DNA of 64,000 bases from Paramecium tetraurelia (GCA_000165425.1 CT868141.1:186001-250000), one strand, 5' to 3'. Positions 25,048 to 41,010 are shown, numbered from the stretch's first letter. Numbers and translations: made by a program. The notes: generated by a model from the letters alone, not told the origin.

Positions 25048-26973
25048 TCAATTGTTGTCATTTTCTATTTATAGTAATCTAGGAAATGATTGAGGAGATT
25101 TTTCATATTTATTTCTACAAGAGGTAATGAAAAACTATTGCGGTTATTACTCATTAAGAAAGCTTTGATCAGTTTTAATTCCTTTTTTTAAGTTACTGTC
25201 GGAATGAAGACTTTTCAAATGGCGAATTGATTAAGAATTATTATGATAATTTATTTTTAAACTTGTTTAAATCTTTTATAATAAAATTTGCTATTTCTTT
25301 CTAGAGTCGCTTATTTGAGATTGATTAATTTATGCTAATTTGCAGCTGTTATCTGGAGAAAGCGAAGTTCCATCAGTCTAGTCCTATCTATGTTAGACAT
25401 TAATGATATTTTCTAAATTCTAATCAGATTGATTAAATTTGAGTTAAGATTTCGACAAATTTAGTTTTAAGTTTTTAATTTCATTAGAGAGACTCAATCC
25501 TAATTTACTTTTTGAGTTTTTATATTACAGATTTTTATTATTAATGTAATAAAGCCTTTCTTATTTTTGTTGAATACTTTATTGCAATTCGGAGTTCGCT
25601 ATAAGATAATCCTTTGGCATCTTATCCTTATATTTTGATTAGAAAGCTTCTTAGTTTCTTTTCACACTTTATGAGAGAGTCAATAACTTTTTGTTTTCAG
25701 ATCGTAATACTTTAGTCTAATCGAATTGTCTTCTCCTTAAATCAAGATATTCGTAAAAGGACTTTGGAGTAATTTAGCTCTATGCAGTGCTAATAATTTA
25801 TTATTAGTAATTTTAAATGCTCTGCATGACCTATTATTATCTTGAAGAGATGTATTAATTGTTTTATTCTTAAATTTCTTTTAAGAGATTGACAATATCA
25901 GGAAAATTCTTACGAATTTTTCTGAATACTTCTGCTTCCATATAATAAGCAATGGTGTTATCGACACATTGGCAATTATATTTTCGCTAATGTAATTCTT
26001 CAATAAGTTCTTCTTAACCAACAACACCTCCATCTGTTATTGAACTTAGCTAATGATATGAATTATATACATACAACGATTTTCTTAAGAACAATGGTGA
26101 ATGTAGTATTAGGAGCAGTTTTGTTTTAAATTTACTTTTAATCTTCAATATTCTTATAGATGTCAACTCGGCCACTAATAATTATGAAAAGATATTAAGG
26201 TTCGTCTCCTTTTTACCAAAGAATAGATTAAGAAGCGAATTTGATAGGCCTAAGATTTTAGACAAATTTTGTAATGTTAAAAGGTTATATTCCAGGTAAA
26301 ATTTTAGTATATAAGGCCATAGCCTTGTTTTATTCTTAAATTGCTTTCTCACACATTAGTTTATATTAAGCCCGATTGATTGATATGCAATGCAAAATAT
26401 CAGATATGGCTATCAAACTAGCCGTTCTGGATTTATCAGAGATTAAAGCCACATCACCAAAGCATTGTCCAGCGAAATATTAAAATACCTATAGTTTATA
26501 CTATTATATACTTTGTGGAATTTTGATATACCATCTTAATAGTAGAATGGATTATCTTTGTTTTCAGACAAAGCATCATCTATGAAAATCAGCTTCTTGC
26601 TTTTTTTTTGAGTTATTTAAACTTATTCTTCCTATATGTCTTCCTGCGGTTTTGGAATGTATACTCCTGCTTGTCCTTTCAATATGATGAACATTTTATC
26701 ACCGAATTCTCCATAATTGAATATTATCTATCCATAAGAGAAGCACTCATATTTTGCATATTTTGCTGCTTACATTACAAAATCCTGAAGCTGAGTTCCC
26801 TCAGGACAGTTGTTTTTAAAAAATGAAATCTGGAGGAGAGAATCTATCAATTAATTATTTTAAGATGTTGGGTTGATGAAATATTCAAGTGCTGGTGTTA
26901 ATAATGCTTCATTTTACTGTTATTATCTGATTAGTTGCTATGCCTACTTTAACTTTTGAGTAGTTAATTTCAT
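25048..26973 (-). CDS. Cyclic nucleotide-binding domain protein
   Basis: GQCFGDVALISDKSRTASLIA phosphate-binding cassette; second CNB-like region QKGDEPQYLFIIISGRV; long C-terminal tail. Confidence 0.85.
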
Positions 26974-27450
26974 CAAAAATAATATTAAATATAAAATTAA
27001 TTGTATTTGGCTTTAACATTTTATGAATTCTTATTAAAACATAAGCGATTCTTCAATTTATTAATCTATGATATGAATTACATATGTAAGAAATTGAGGA
27101 TTTTCATTATTGATAAAATAGTAGTTTTATTCAAACTAATAGAATATTATATGTTCATTTCTTAGAAAATTCGGATAATTAGGATAAAATAAATTTAAAT
27201 TATCATATAATTAAGTAAAATATTATAAAGAGATTTTAATGTATTAAAAAATAAGCCCAAAATAAGTTATTTAAGTAATTATTTAAAATGTCAAATTATT
27301 TTTAAGAAATTGTTTGTAATAAATATTTATTTAAACTTAACATTAGTTTGATTAATAATTGATCAATATCTGTTTATATTAAATGTGGTGTACTATTATT
27401 CGTTTATTATTTGTCAATAAAAGAATGTAATTTATTAATTTTTATACTTG

Positions 27451-29726
27451 ATGAAAGAAGGACAAAGACTTAATCAATCATTTTCTTATTGTCGATCAAG
27501 CCCTGAGAAGAAGGGTTCAAGGCACAATAAAGTTATCTCAGATGCTTATCGAAAGTTTCTTGCTACTTATTAATAGTTATCTATGATAGGCGGTTAGTAT
27601 AAATATTCACATAATACTCTAATGCCTTATATTCACTTTTTTAAATACATGGCTAAGAGATATGATGAAATAAATCAAAAATGCAAATTGAAAATGTGGA
27701 TTCCAGATACCATCATATTAAATGATTTAGATTTAAGTGCAATTTGGTTTTATAGCAGTGCAGATGGTTATGTTTATAGAACAGATTCATTCACTTCTCG
27801 AAATGCAGCATAAAAATTTACTGAAGGTTCCAATGATCCAGATGAATTGATTGCTGTCGTAAAGAAGCCACAGTACAAAGATATGGAATTAATTGGAAAT
27901 GACACAAAACCAATTTTATAGAAGGATGTTCCATTGATATTTTCAAATGCTATGAGTGTTAAGTAAGAAATTACATGCTTATAAAAATATATTAAATGCC
28001 AAGGTCCTATGGCATATATCTGTAGAACTATTTGGAGAAAGAATGGATAAACTACGGCTTGGGTTATCACCAATAAACTGACATTTCAAGATGAAGGAGA
28101 TTATGCTTAAAGGTGTCTTGCAAGTGCCAGCAAATATAAATAAACCAATATAATATAATGTAAGGGTGGTCGTTTCATTGAAGAAACCATTCCTTACATT
28201 TAAAATCTGTTGCTCTATTGCAGATAGAGTATGAATGTTGAATTTGATGAATTAGGCTGTGATTTTACAAAGGGAATAGATAGCAAATGGTATTTGCTTA
28301 ATGTTAGAGGTTTTAAACTGATGAATCCTTCTCATTAAATCTTTACTAGACATATTACTCATGATGAACAAATACCTCAAGATTATGAAAGAAGCCAAAC
28401 CTCTCACTCTAATTAATAATGGAATTTTACAAAGACTTAGGTGTGTAAGTTTTGTGATTTGGTATATCCAGCCAAAGAATTAACTCATTAATTAACTTTA
28501 AAAATGTTAATAGAGTGTGATTTACATTTATTAAGTAGAAATATTGAATTAAAACATTTATAAATTAGAAATAGAATAAACTTTACTCATCTCGACAGTG
28601 CTATGCTATTTCATAAATATTACGTTTGTGACAGTTGTTATTAATTATTTATGGCATGCGATGAGTTAATATAGCTTGAATTCAAGATGGCATAAAAATT
28701 GGGAATTGATGTGTATGAGAAAAACAACATTATTTCACTTACTTAGTAGGATTATCGAGTTAAAGGACCAAATGTCATCTAGAGATAAGCTAACACCATC
28801 TATGGAAATGGGGAATATTTTATCAAACCTCTTGATTGGGAAATGTTGAATGAAGTTTAAATAAAATTAATGCCAAATCTACCTGAAATTGATTATGGAA
28901 CCATTCCCAAGATGAAGAGGTTTAGAATAATGATCTATATTAAAACTCTATCTCAGATTCCGATTGAATCTTAATTCAATTAGTGCAAATATTACATTTA
29001 TTATAACTTTCTCAATTAAGAAATTTAGTAAATTTATTGATATTCTTTTAGGTTTTAATTAGATATGAAAAAGAGCATTGACCACTCAAAAGATATATTA
29101 AATATTGATCATGTTAAACTCTTTTATCTTTTTGCAGCTGATAGATAAGACATTAATTGTATTTTATCACAGTTAAAAATTGGTCTATTATGCAATTAAG
29201 AATTAATAGGAGAATTGGAATGTGAGTTAGGGGGTTTCAAAAGTTCCTAAGTTACAATCAAAGAGTATTTGAAGTATTTTTCAGGAATTTAAATTAAATA
29301 AATTTTATCATGGTCAACTGATTTGAGCATTGGGTTAGTCGAAAGTTAACAAGGAAGTATAAATGTAGAGAGAATCAAATTATAAAAATAAGGATTAATT
29401 TATTTGCCAAATATTGATTATTATTGTAGCGAACCATTACCATAAGAATGGATGAATTAATTTGAAAAAAGGAAAAAAAATAATATTAACTAAATTGTAA
29501 ATAATAGCACAACTTTTGCAATATCTGATGTTTCCAATATTTTGGATCATTCAAGAGTCTATTAAACCAAGCATCCATCAAAAAAAAGTTGTACTGCAAC
29601 TTCGACTGTCCCAAACAAATTGGATTAATCTTCAGTCTTGTATTCTGATCTATTAGAATATGAAAAAGAGTATTATTTTAGTTTAATTTTTGTAGCACAG
29701 ATAAAATACTTAATTTTGATTATTGA
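27451..29726 (+). CDS. Hypothetical protein with ATP-grasp-like N-terminal region and two CxxC pairs
   Basis: Long table-6 frame with two short introns; WIPDTIIL, LQKYIKCQGP, CDFTKGIDSKWYLLNV, CKFC..CDSC. Confidence 0.7.
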
Positions 29727-30687
29727 CTAACATATTATAATTATATTAATATTATTTTAGGTGTTCTAATTTCAATTAATTAGTAATATGGTTCATTTTG
29801 TAAATTTAATTTGAATTAACAATTTTTTAATAACTTTCTTTTCCTTCAATTTAATTCTAATAATTTCTATTTAAAAAATTATATTGTCCTAATGTTTTAG
29901 AAATTTTATTTAACAATAAGTTTCAAAGTTTATTTATTTAATCCACATAGGAATCAAATTTCTTATAAAAATACAAAAGGAACAATTGAATAAGGATTGA
30001 AATATTTAAAATTAAGAATTTATAATATTATTATTTGTAAAATTCTTTAATATCATTAATTTAATATAAAGAAATTATAATATTTCAGGATACAGGAACT
30101 CAAGTTTATTTCCCTTTTATATCTTAGAAAAGTGATATTTTTCTTACAAATTTTGAATTTTTATAGGATTTTTGATATTTTTTTGACGTTTGATTACTAT
30201 AATGACAATTTTACAAACCTTTTGATTATTATGAGATAATTATTATGCACTTTACAACATCTTATGATTAATTATAATTAGATTTTCTTATAGAAAAAAG
30301 TAGATTTTAACAAATAAGTTGTAGAACATTTTTGGTAGTTATGATTTTAAATTAGAAAGGTTAGTTCTTAAAATGATTGATGCTTTATAGCCTTAAAATC
30401 ATTGTTATTAATTAAATATGGCTAATTGTATTATTACGTTTTGGTTGATTAGAAAAATAGAAATTTTTAATGTTCTGAACAAAAGTTTCAAGATTTATAA
30501 GATTAACTTGGCCAAATAAATATTGACGAAAACGAAGAGGTTTTAAGAACAATAACGAAAAGGAGAGTTGACCTTATTTTAAATAGATAATTAATATTTA
30601 CTTTGGAAACTCTATATTAAAGCAAAACAAAATTAATACAACAATGAATTGCAGGATTTAATGATTAATATTATTATTTATTTATTG

Positions 30688-31541
30688 ATGCAAAGAAAAA
30701 GACGCTGTGCTTTCGATTCAGATAGTTTGGAGGAATATATTTAAGTAGAAAATAATTTAAAAATGAGCTGGCAACTATTGGGTAGAATTAAACTAACCTA
30801 TTCTATGATGATAAAAAATTAAATTGGATAAACAAGAGTAAATAAGTAGATGATGATGAGGAAGTACTCAAGGATATTGAAGGATTTGAACATAACTATA
30901 GTTCCCCAAGGGTGGATTATATTGACACTTCTGAATTACCTCCCGATATAGTTTTGAAATCAGGAGACGATATATTTTCTCATCATATAATGATATTGGG
31001 AGATATCAATTAATTTGTGAGGCAATCATTAACCATGTTTTGCATGTAGAGTCGTAAAAATAGTAGTGAGGATTTCAACGAAGAGTTGATATCTCCAATT
31101 AAAAGGTATATATTAATATTTCACAAACTAAGCAAACTTTGTTTAGATTTAGCCATAAAGAGAATTCAAGAAAAAAATGGATTGCACATAGTCAAGTTTC
31201 TTATGCATGATATGACGATCTAGAATTATGGTCCAATCATTAATGGTATGTCCATTTCAAGATCATAGTTTACTTTCTCTAAACTTCCAATTACATACTT
31301 ATATTTAATATCGATCAGAATGACTTTTAAGATTAGAAGGAACTGGACATGATAGAAACTGTCAAGTAGAAGGCTTCGACTGTGAAGAACATCTACGTTG
31401 TGTATTTCACAGAATCTGATGTCTAGAATCAAAGAATACCTAACAAATATTATTGCAATCGATGGAATATAAGTGTGATTCTTTCATAAGTATACTATAT
31501 AAATTAAAACTAAGATCATAGACCAAGTCATTAATTAATGA
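30688..31541 (+). CDS. Degenerate Rab/Ras-fold protein (pseudo-GTPase-like)
   Basis: Four short introns give a continuous frame containing HIMILGD, LDLAIKRI..VKFLMHD, YFLQTSNYILIFNI. Confidence 0.6.
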
Positions 31542-31617
31542 ACAAATACTTTATAATTTATGTATTAATACATTCCTTTTTAATTGTTTGTTTTATCCTT
31601 TTATATTAAAATTCAAA

Positions 31618-32350
31618 ATGCAACCAACAGATTCCAAGACTTTTAAGCCACTTAAGCAAATTGATAAAAACTAGAGAGGATATGGTTTAAGATAAATTGC
31701 CCAAATGACTCTTGGTTCAGGCAATATGTTGTTGGCAGTCGAATTGCCAAAAGGAGAAGATTTGAATGAATGGTTGGCTGTCAATACAATCGAATTTTAT
31801 AATGAGATATCAATTCTGTATGGAACACTAGTAGAATTCTGTACTCCTGAGCTTTGCCCAGTTATGTCAGCAGGCCCAAAGTAATTATTGAAATAATTTT
31901 TCAAGATATGAATATTTATGGGCAGATGGATAGAACGTCAGAACTCCCCTTAAAGTTTCTGCCTCGGAATACATTGACTATTTAATGACTTGGGTAGAGA
32001 ACTAACTTAATAATGATTCCTTGTTTCCATGTTAAATTGGTAATTTATAAATGTTATTAAGGAATTCCATTTCCTAATACATTTTTATCTGTTGTCAAGG
32101 TTATTTTTAAGAGATTATTCAGAGTTTATGCTCATATTTATCACTCCCATTTTTAGCATATTATGGCACTTGAATTGGAATATCATTTGAACACTTGTTT
32201 CAAACATTTCATTTATTTCATAGGTATTCATACCCTTAGAATTTAGATGAGTTCAAATTAGTTGAGAGTAAAGAACTTGCACCATTAGCAGAGTTGATAC
32301 AACAATTTAAAGCAAGAAAGGAGAATCCTACAATGAATCAGGGTATGTGA
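31618..32350 (+). CDS. MOB1: MOB kinase activator 1
   Basis: TLGSGNMLLAVELPKGEDLNEWLAVN..CPVMSAGPKYEYLWAD..KRLFRVYAHIYHSHF. Confidence 0.97.
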
Positions 32351-32456
32351 TAGTTAGTTCACTTAATTAATAGTATAATTATAATTTATATTTATAATGC
32401 GTAATAATTTCGAATGATACTAATAATTTTAAATATAAACAAAGAATAAGTAAATC

Positions 32457-33830
32457 ATGCTCAGAAACATTTCAAAAGTATCTACATATCAAACTCCTTT
32501 TAAGTAAATCTACTCCTTCTCTTATTATGCTAATTTGGATCTCAGTTGTCCTTATCCATCATTCCAAGTAATTTGAAATTTGGAATCTTTATTAGTCCAG
32601 AGATCTCACGATAACTCATACAATGCATTATATTACTAAGCCTCCTTGTGATCCAAAGATCATGACATTTGGAGCCTTTCACACAGATCATTTATTGGAA
32701 ATTGATTGGTCTGAAAAGATGGGGTAAGAAATCATGTTTACATTTCTAGATGGAGCAGACCTCAAATAGTCCCATTCAAAAGTTTTAGTATTCATCCATT
32801 TGCTGCTTGTCTTCATTATGCTATTGAATGTTTTGAAGGAGCAAAAGTAGAAATATTTGTAATACACTATAGGCTTACAGAGGTGCAAATAACTCTATTA
32901 GAACATTTAGATTAAACTGTAATATGTACAGAATGAAACAATCTGCCAAGAGATTGTCTTTACCTGACTTTGATGGAGCTGAACTTTAAAGATGCATTGA
33001 ATAATTGCTTAAAGTAGATAGAGATTGGATTCCAGACAGACCAGGATTTAGTTGTTATATTAGACCCACTTTGATTGCTACAGAAGAAGCACTAGGAGTT
33101 CGTGCTTCAAGTAGAGCTAGATTATTTGTTGTCTTGTGTCCTGTTGGCCCCTATTTTCCATCAGGACTCAAACCTGTTAGAGTATTCTGTAATACGTCAA
33201 CAGTAATTTTTTACTTTTTATAACAAGATTCGTTCTGCTCCAGGAGGAGTTGGAGGATATAAAGTAGCTGGTAATTATGCTCCCACAGTTTTGCCATTGA
33301 AGGAAGTCTAGAAAATAGGATTTCATTAAAATTTATGGATGTTACCTGATGGATTAGTTTAAGAAATGGGAGTGTGCAATTTGTTTTTCTTCCAAAAAAA
33401 TGAAAAAGGCGAAAAGGAATTAGTTACACCTATGCTCGATGGAACTATATTACCAGGTATTATGAGAGATTCTATTCTGGTAAGATATATTATTTACTTA
33501 TAGGAAATTACAAGAGGAATGGGCAAATTTAAAGTCATTGAAAAGAAGTTATATATTTAAGAAGTCATTGAATCTATTGAATCCGGAAGAGTATACGATA
33601 AATCTTATTATTTAGATGATTGAAATGTTCGGATCAGGAACTGCTGTTAGTATCTAACCAATCGAAGCTATTGGATACAATGATAAAATCTATGAAGTTA
33701 AGTACGATACAAAATTAAATGCAGGCGAACTATCGCATGAATTATTTGATCTCTTAACCAATATATAAGTATTAAAGTTATTATATCTTAGACTGGAGCA
33801 GAAGATCATAAATGGATTAAATCCATATGA
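32457..33830 (+). CDS. BCAT: Branched-chain amino acid aminotransferase, mitochondrial
   Basis: [44 protein letters not shown] (PLP Lys), [18 protein letters not shown]. Confidence 0.97.
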
Positions 33831-33892
33831 TTTTATTAATTTTAATTTCATTTAAATCTTATATATATTTCAAAATAAATCTCTTTAAAAGT

Positions 33893-34738
33893 TCAGTTGT
33901 TAGTTTATTAATTACTATCTTTAAGATCTTGATTATCCATTTATTTTAAAAGATCTAATTTTTCCTATTATTATTATACTAAAGATTCTTAAGATTCTTA
34001 TTATTATTATTTAAATTCTTATTATTATTCTTATTATTTTTATTAAAATTCTTATAATTATTCTTAATTTTATTCTTATTATTGTTATTTCTATTAGATT
34101 AAATTATCATTATCTGAATATTCTTTTCTATCAACTATTTATTCCTATTAAATATGAACTTATTGCTTATTCGGATCTTAGGCAGAATGTTCATTCTATT
34201 TATTAGCATTTACATTTAGATTTATGTCATCAAGGACAATAAACATACTTAAATTTTATAGTTCCTTTTTAAGAAAATCAATTAATTTATCAAAGTTTCC
34301 AAGACAAATGTATTCTTTCAATTTACTATCTAAATTGTACCATAATTAGTTTTTTTATAAGATGGGAAACCAATGATTGGTATCTTTGATTAAACCTTTT
34401 TTAAAATTGTGAATTAAAAGCCCCACTACTTCATTTTCTTAAACTATTGTTTATAAATTTTCAAGTTTTCTCTTATCAAAATAGAGTACTCTCTTTCCCT
34501 TTTATTCTAAGGCTGTGGTTAAAAGATCAGCTGAATAATTTCCGATTTTAAAGAAACTCAATTAGATTCATATGTACCTTGAATGAAAATTAAAAAAAGT
34601 ATTTTCGACTTTTGGCAATTAATTAGCTAAATCATTCATAGTTTTGGCTGTATATAGTTATCCCTACAATAAATTATTAACGGAGGCTAATCCACATAAT
34701 TGAAGTTTTTATTTTTCATGATAAAACTTTTCCTACAT
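33893..34738 (-). CDS. Josephin-domain deubiquitinase (JOSD-like) with Gln/Glu-rich tail
   Basis: FYHEKQKLQLCGLASVNNLLQ, GNYSADLL, HWFPILQKNQLWYNLDSK: catalytic Cys, His and Asp/Asn motifs present. Confidence 0.9.
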
Positions 34739-34772
34739 TCTCAAATTTGATATTATATATAATAAAATACAA

Positions 34773-36590
<1,818 letters not shown>

Positions 36591-36727
36591 AAATATTTAT
36601 AAATTTATTATTAATCTTGGTCTCTCTATAAAATAATTAAATGTGAATTTAGATATATAAATTCAATATAAACAGAGACAACTGAACAAAGAAAAATGTT
36701 TTTGTTTTATATTTTTATTATTAAAAA

Positions 36728-37640
36728 ATGATGTATTCCAAAGCTGGTAAAATTTCAATTGAGCTATTTCCCTGGATACAACAGAGAGACGCAATTATCA
36801 ATGGGGAGAAAAAAAAAACATATGAAATTTCAATTTTCGATGATATTCCCCATAGTAAAAGACCCTACAAAAGTTTCAAAGAAAATGCTAAACTATCTCC
36901 AAGAGAAACCTCTCAACCTAAAGTTTAACCCTTTTCTAAATAAGTGGGCAGGGTGGAATCCAAAAAGGAGTTAGATAGATATGGCTTTTATAATCCCAAA
37001 TATCATTTAGTACAGAAAAGGTCACCTTTAACTGATGGACCTGATCATTTTAGATAAATAAATAGTGATCGATCTTTATCCTCAAAAACTATTAAAAGAT
37101 CTCTTAAACTAATCAAACCCACTTTGAAACATAATTGCGACACCAGTAAAGAATATTTAGAGAAAAAGTAACTGTAAGAAGAAAGGAAACTCAGAGCCTA
37201 AGAATATTAACCAGACCTAAATAGATTCCCTTTACCTGAGGGACCTAATGAACACAGATTTGAATACCAACAATACCCTTAATCATAATACAATAGATCG
37301 CCAAATCCAATCATTAGGCCACGATCTAGTTCTTCTAAATTGAAGTTTAAAGAAGTAGAAATATAATTTGATAAAATCATAGTAAAAGAATGGTTAAATT
37401 TACGATCTCAATTACACCGTAATCTATCCTAAATCAGATAAGATGATACCAGTATTAGATAAATTGACACCCAGATAACCCTTCAATAGTGATAAACCAG
37501 TATATACATTTCATGAGACACTCTCTGATGATACTCCGAAGAAAAGAAATAGTCCTCAATCATTTAAGTTGGATTAGCAGGTTTCTAGAGAGAAAGCTAT
37601 GAGTTACTATTCCTCTATAAGAAGACTTTATTATTTATGA
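36728..37640 (+). CDS. Hypothetical protein with short motifs (YNPKY, YDLNY, xDKxTPR) reminiscent of ciliary proteins
   Basis: Table-6 frame from ATG 36728; a 28-nt intron near 37354-37381 extends it to TGA 37638-37640. Confidence 0.65.
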
Positions 37641-37664
37641 TTATGCTAATATTATTAATATTAA

Positions 37665-38436
37665 ATGTCCTATCCCTTTGGTAATCAATATTCAGCAGGG
37701 ATGCCCAATGCCAAATACAAAACGACACTTTGTAGACACTATTAGGGTATTATCATTTTGATTATTAGCTACAAGATAATGCGCCATAGGAGTTAAATGC
37801 CAATTTGCTCATGGACAAGAGGAAATGAGATCCATAAATGGTAATTTTACAATTCTTAGTTTGTAAGATCCCATTCCTTCAGCTCTAATCACAGTGTTAG
37901 CAGTCCCTCCACAATATTAGGAAATTATGAAGCCAATGATGGCTTAATAACCTGCTTTTAAAAGTATGAAATACCTTTGAGGTTAGTTCCATGCAAATAT
38001 CACGCTTAAAATTATTGCAAAAATGGATAAAATTGCTAATATTCTCATGGTACTGAATTTTAAATATCATGAAGATGTCGATATTTAACAACCCATGATT
38101 CCAAATATGATAAACCCATATCAACCATAATACTCATAAGTTGATATGAGATAGGAAATTAAGCAAGAAGATCCAATGACTACTGTATTTATCATTATAT
38201 TATAAACCATGGAATAAATATTTTCGAAAGATGTTAATTATTATAAAATATTTAAGGATATCATATAAAAATTAAAAATTGCATAAGATCAAGTAAAATG
38301 TGGCAATTTGGCGGTTGGTTCAGAATGCATTAAAGCCATTATGACAGATCCAGAAAGAACAGATGATGAGATAGAATAGTATACTACTATATATCATAAT
38401 GCATGTTATTATTATAATCAATTGTAATAAGGTTGA
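37665..38436 (+). CDS. CCCH zinc-finger RNA-binding protein (ZFP36/TTP-like fingers)
   Basis: KYKTTLCRHY..CAIGVKCQFAHG; second finger PCKYHAQNYCKNGQNCQYSHG. Confidence 0.9.
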
Positions 38437-39474
38437 AAATTTGTTGTTTTAAATATAACATAAACATATAAATATATCGATTTAACCAATTAATTCAATA
38501 TTTTTTACTATTTAAATATTATCAAGGGAAATATAATCTCTTATTCCAAAAACTATAAAGATCCATCTTTTATATATTGGATCGAAAAATAGCATCTTCA
38601 ATAAACCTTTAAAATATGAGATATATTTAGAATTATATAAAATAATTTAATTCAAGATTCAAATATAAATGTACAAAGCTAGTCTTGGTTCTAAAATAGA
38701 TAAAATAGTCATCATAAATTCCTACTAATGAGATATCTTTCTTAGTTAGAATGAAGTTAAGTTTGCAAGTTTCTTAATCTAATAATTTATATTTTTTTTA
38801 TTTGTTAAAAGGAAATTGTTTATAAATTAAAAATAGATAATAATACTTAACTCTATCTAATATTATAATAAATTTAATAATGGGAAGTTTAGTATTATGG
38901 ATTATTCTTAAAAAGAAAGTTTTGGTTTGCTTGAAATTATTAGTTTTAATACAAAATATAAATTTGATATTCTTTGAGAGGCTTTATTTATTCTGCAACC
39001 GTTGAATAATATCATTTGACTGGTGTTATACTAATTAGGTTAGATTAAAAATAATGCATTTTAACAAGTTATTAGTAGATTTGATTTTATTGTAGTAAGG
39101 CTGCTAAGTTTAGTATTTACAGATATTTATTATTTCTTTTCTATTTTCTTATTGCCCATTCTGAAATTTTAGAAAATACCAGTTGAATTGACTTGATATC
39201 AAAGGAAGGATTCATTTTAAACAATTGAGCTAATTGATCGTTTTTAGTAGTATTTATTAATTTGATTAGTTTTTGTTATATAATAAATTTTTGGATTTTG
39301 AGATAAAAAAAAGCATAAATTTATTAGAATCACCAAAAAATAAAACTTGTATATAAAAAAGTAAAATTCAATACAATAATTATTAATATAGTTTTGATTA
39401 GTTGTATTTCTTTAATAAGATTCTGTACTAATCTTATCTTGCCATTCAGTTTAATAAATTAATATATATTATAA

Positions 39475-40970
39475 ATGAATGAATTAGAAGAATAAGAAGT
39501 ATCACATTATTCAACAATATAATAAAATGAATTAAAATCAGAAATATAAGTTGTATCTCACAAAGAAGATCATTCTATAATAAAATCAGACAGTATAATA
39601 AACTTTCATGATATCTTAACTCAGATAGGATTTGGAAGATTTTAAATAATGTAGTACTTTGTATCAATAATTTTGGGAATAATGGAAGGGGCATAAATTA
39701 CTATTTTTACTTTGATGGTACCGATATTAAAAAAAGAATGGGAAATATCTGAATCTATAGTGTCTTTATAAACAAGTTTTATATTTATAGGCTTTCTAGT
39801 TGGATCAATGTTATCAGGGCAATTCACTGATCGATATGGTAGGAAATTACCATTCATTTTTAGTTCATTATTGACAGTACTGATATGCTTCGCTACAATT
39901 CTCTGCACTAATGTATATCAGCTATTGATAATGAGAGGATTTATGGGTATTTTTGTAGGTTTCTTTGCTCCTTGTTGTGTAACTTTATTATAAGAAATTA
40001 CTCCAAACAAATTAAGAGGTTAAATGACAGGATCTGTTACATTAAGCGTTGCAATAGGTCAATTGTACGGTTTTTTCATGGCATCATTAATTATGGAAGG
40101 AATAAATGGAAGTTGGAGATGGCTTACATTTTTAGGTTCTTTGCCAGGATTGGTTGCTTTGATATTATCTTTAATATATATTGAAGAATCTCCTAGATAT
40201 CTACTATTAGAAGGCAAGTATTATGAAGCTTTTTAAACTTTAAAATTGATGATTAGGACTAATAAAGCTACAGAGGTTAGTTTATCCATTGAAAATGAGC
40301 ATAAATTAGTAATCTGGTCATTATATATGAACAGTATAGCAAAAAAAACAGAGCATGCATCATTTAAAAGTTTGCTCAATGGAGAAAGATTATAGGTTTC
40401 ATTAGTTTTATGGAGTATTTGGTTTTTACTATGCTTTTCTTATTATGGTAACCTAATGACTATGCCTTAAATACTATATCAACTTAAAGATGACGAATCT
40501 TAATTATAGCAACTAGTCTACGCTTGTTTAAGTGATATTCTGGGTGCTATTTTAGCTACTTTAATTATAGATATCAAAGGATTGGGTAGGAAGAACTCAT
40601 TAATTATTGGATTCCTCATAGCATCAGTATTCTCATTTTTATAACTTTATGAATATCATAAGCATTTTGCTATTTTAGCGATTTTACAAAAATTGTTTCT
40701 CTCCATGAATTATATCTTCTGGTATCATATACAAATTTAAATTAGCTATCAATTAACAACTGAGCTATATCCTACTAAATTAAGAACTACAGGATTAGGA
40801 ACTGCAGTCGCTATAGGAAGACTGGGTGTCATTTTGATGCCATGGTCTTGTATGATTATTTCCTAGTATCCAATCATTGGTCCATTTCTCCTGTTTTCCA
40901 TAGCTTCCTTTTTAGGAAGTATTTTTGCTTGTTTTATTCACTTGGTAAGAGTTTAGATAACAATAATTGA
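39475..40970 (+). CDS. MFS sugar-transporter-family protein (SVOP-like); apparent frameshift just before the C-terminus
   Basis: DRYGRK, EESPRYL, GLGRK, TELYPTKLRTTG; terminal LGKSLD motif lies in a different frame. Confidence 0.92.
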
Positions 40971-41010
40971 TTAATTAATCTATTAATAAATTATATTATA
41001 ATACTAATAG

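Noticed and set aside
24960..25050. Box C/D snoRNA (ATGATGA present)
   Set aside because: No matching CTGA box D or terminal stem seen; the motif is expected by chance in AT-rich DNA
30200..30650. Possible small plus-strand gene
   Set aside because: The 3' part looks coding but no convincing start or exon chain could be built
38500..39350. Possible minus-strand gene or decayed paralogue
   Set aside because: Protein-like stretches switch frames without clear introns and there is no domain evidence; cannot be supported by eye
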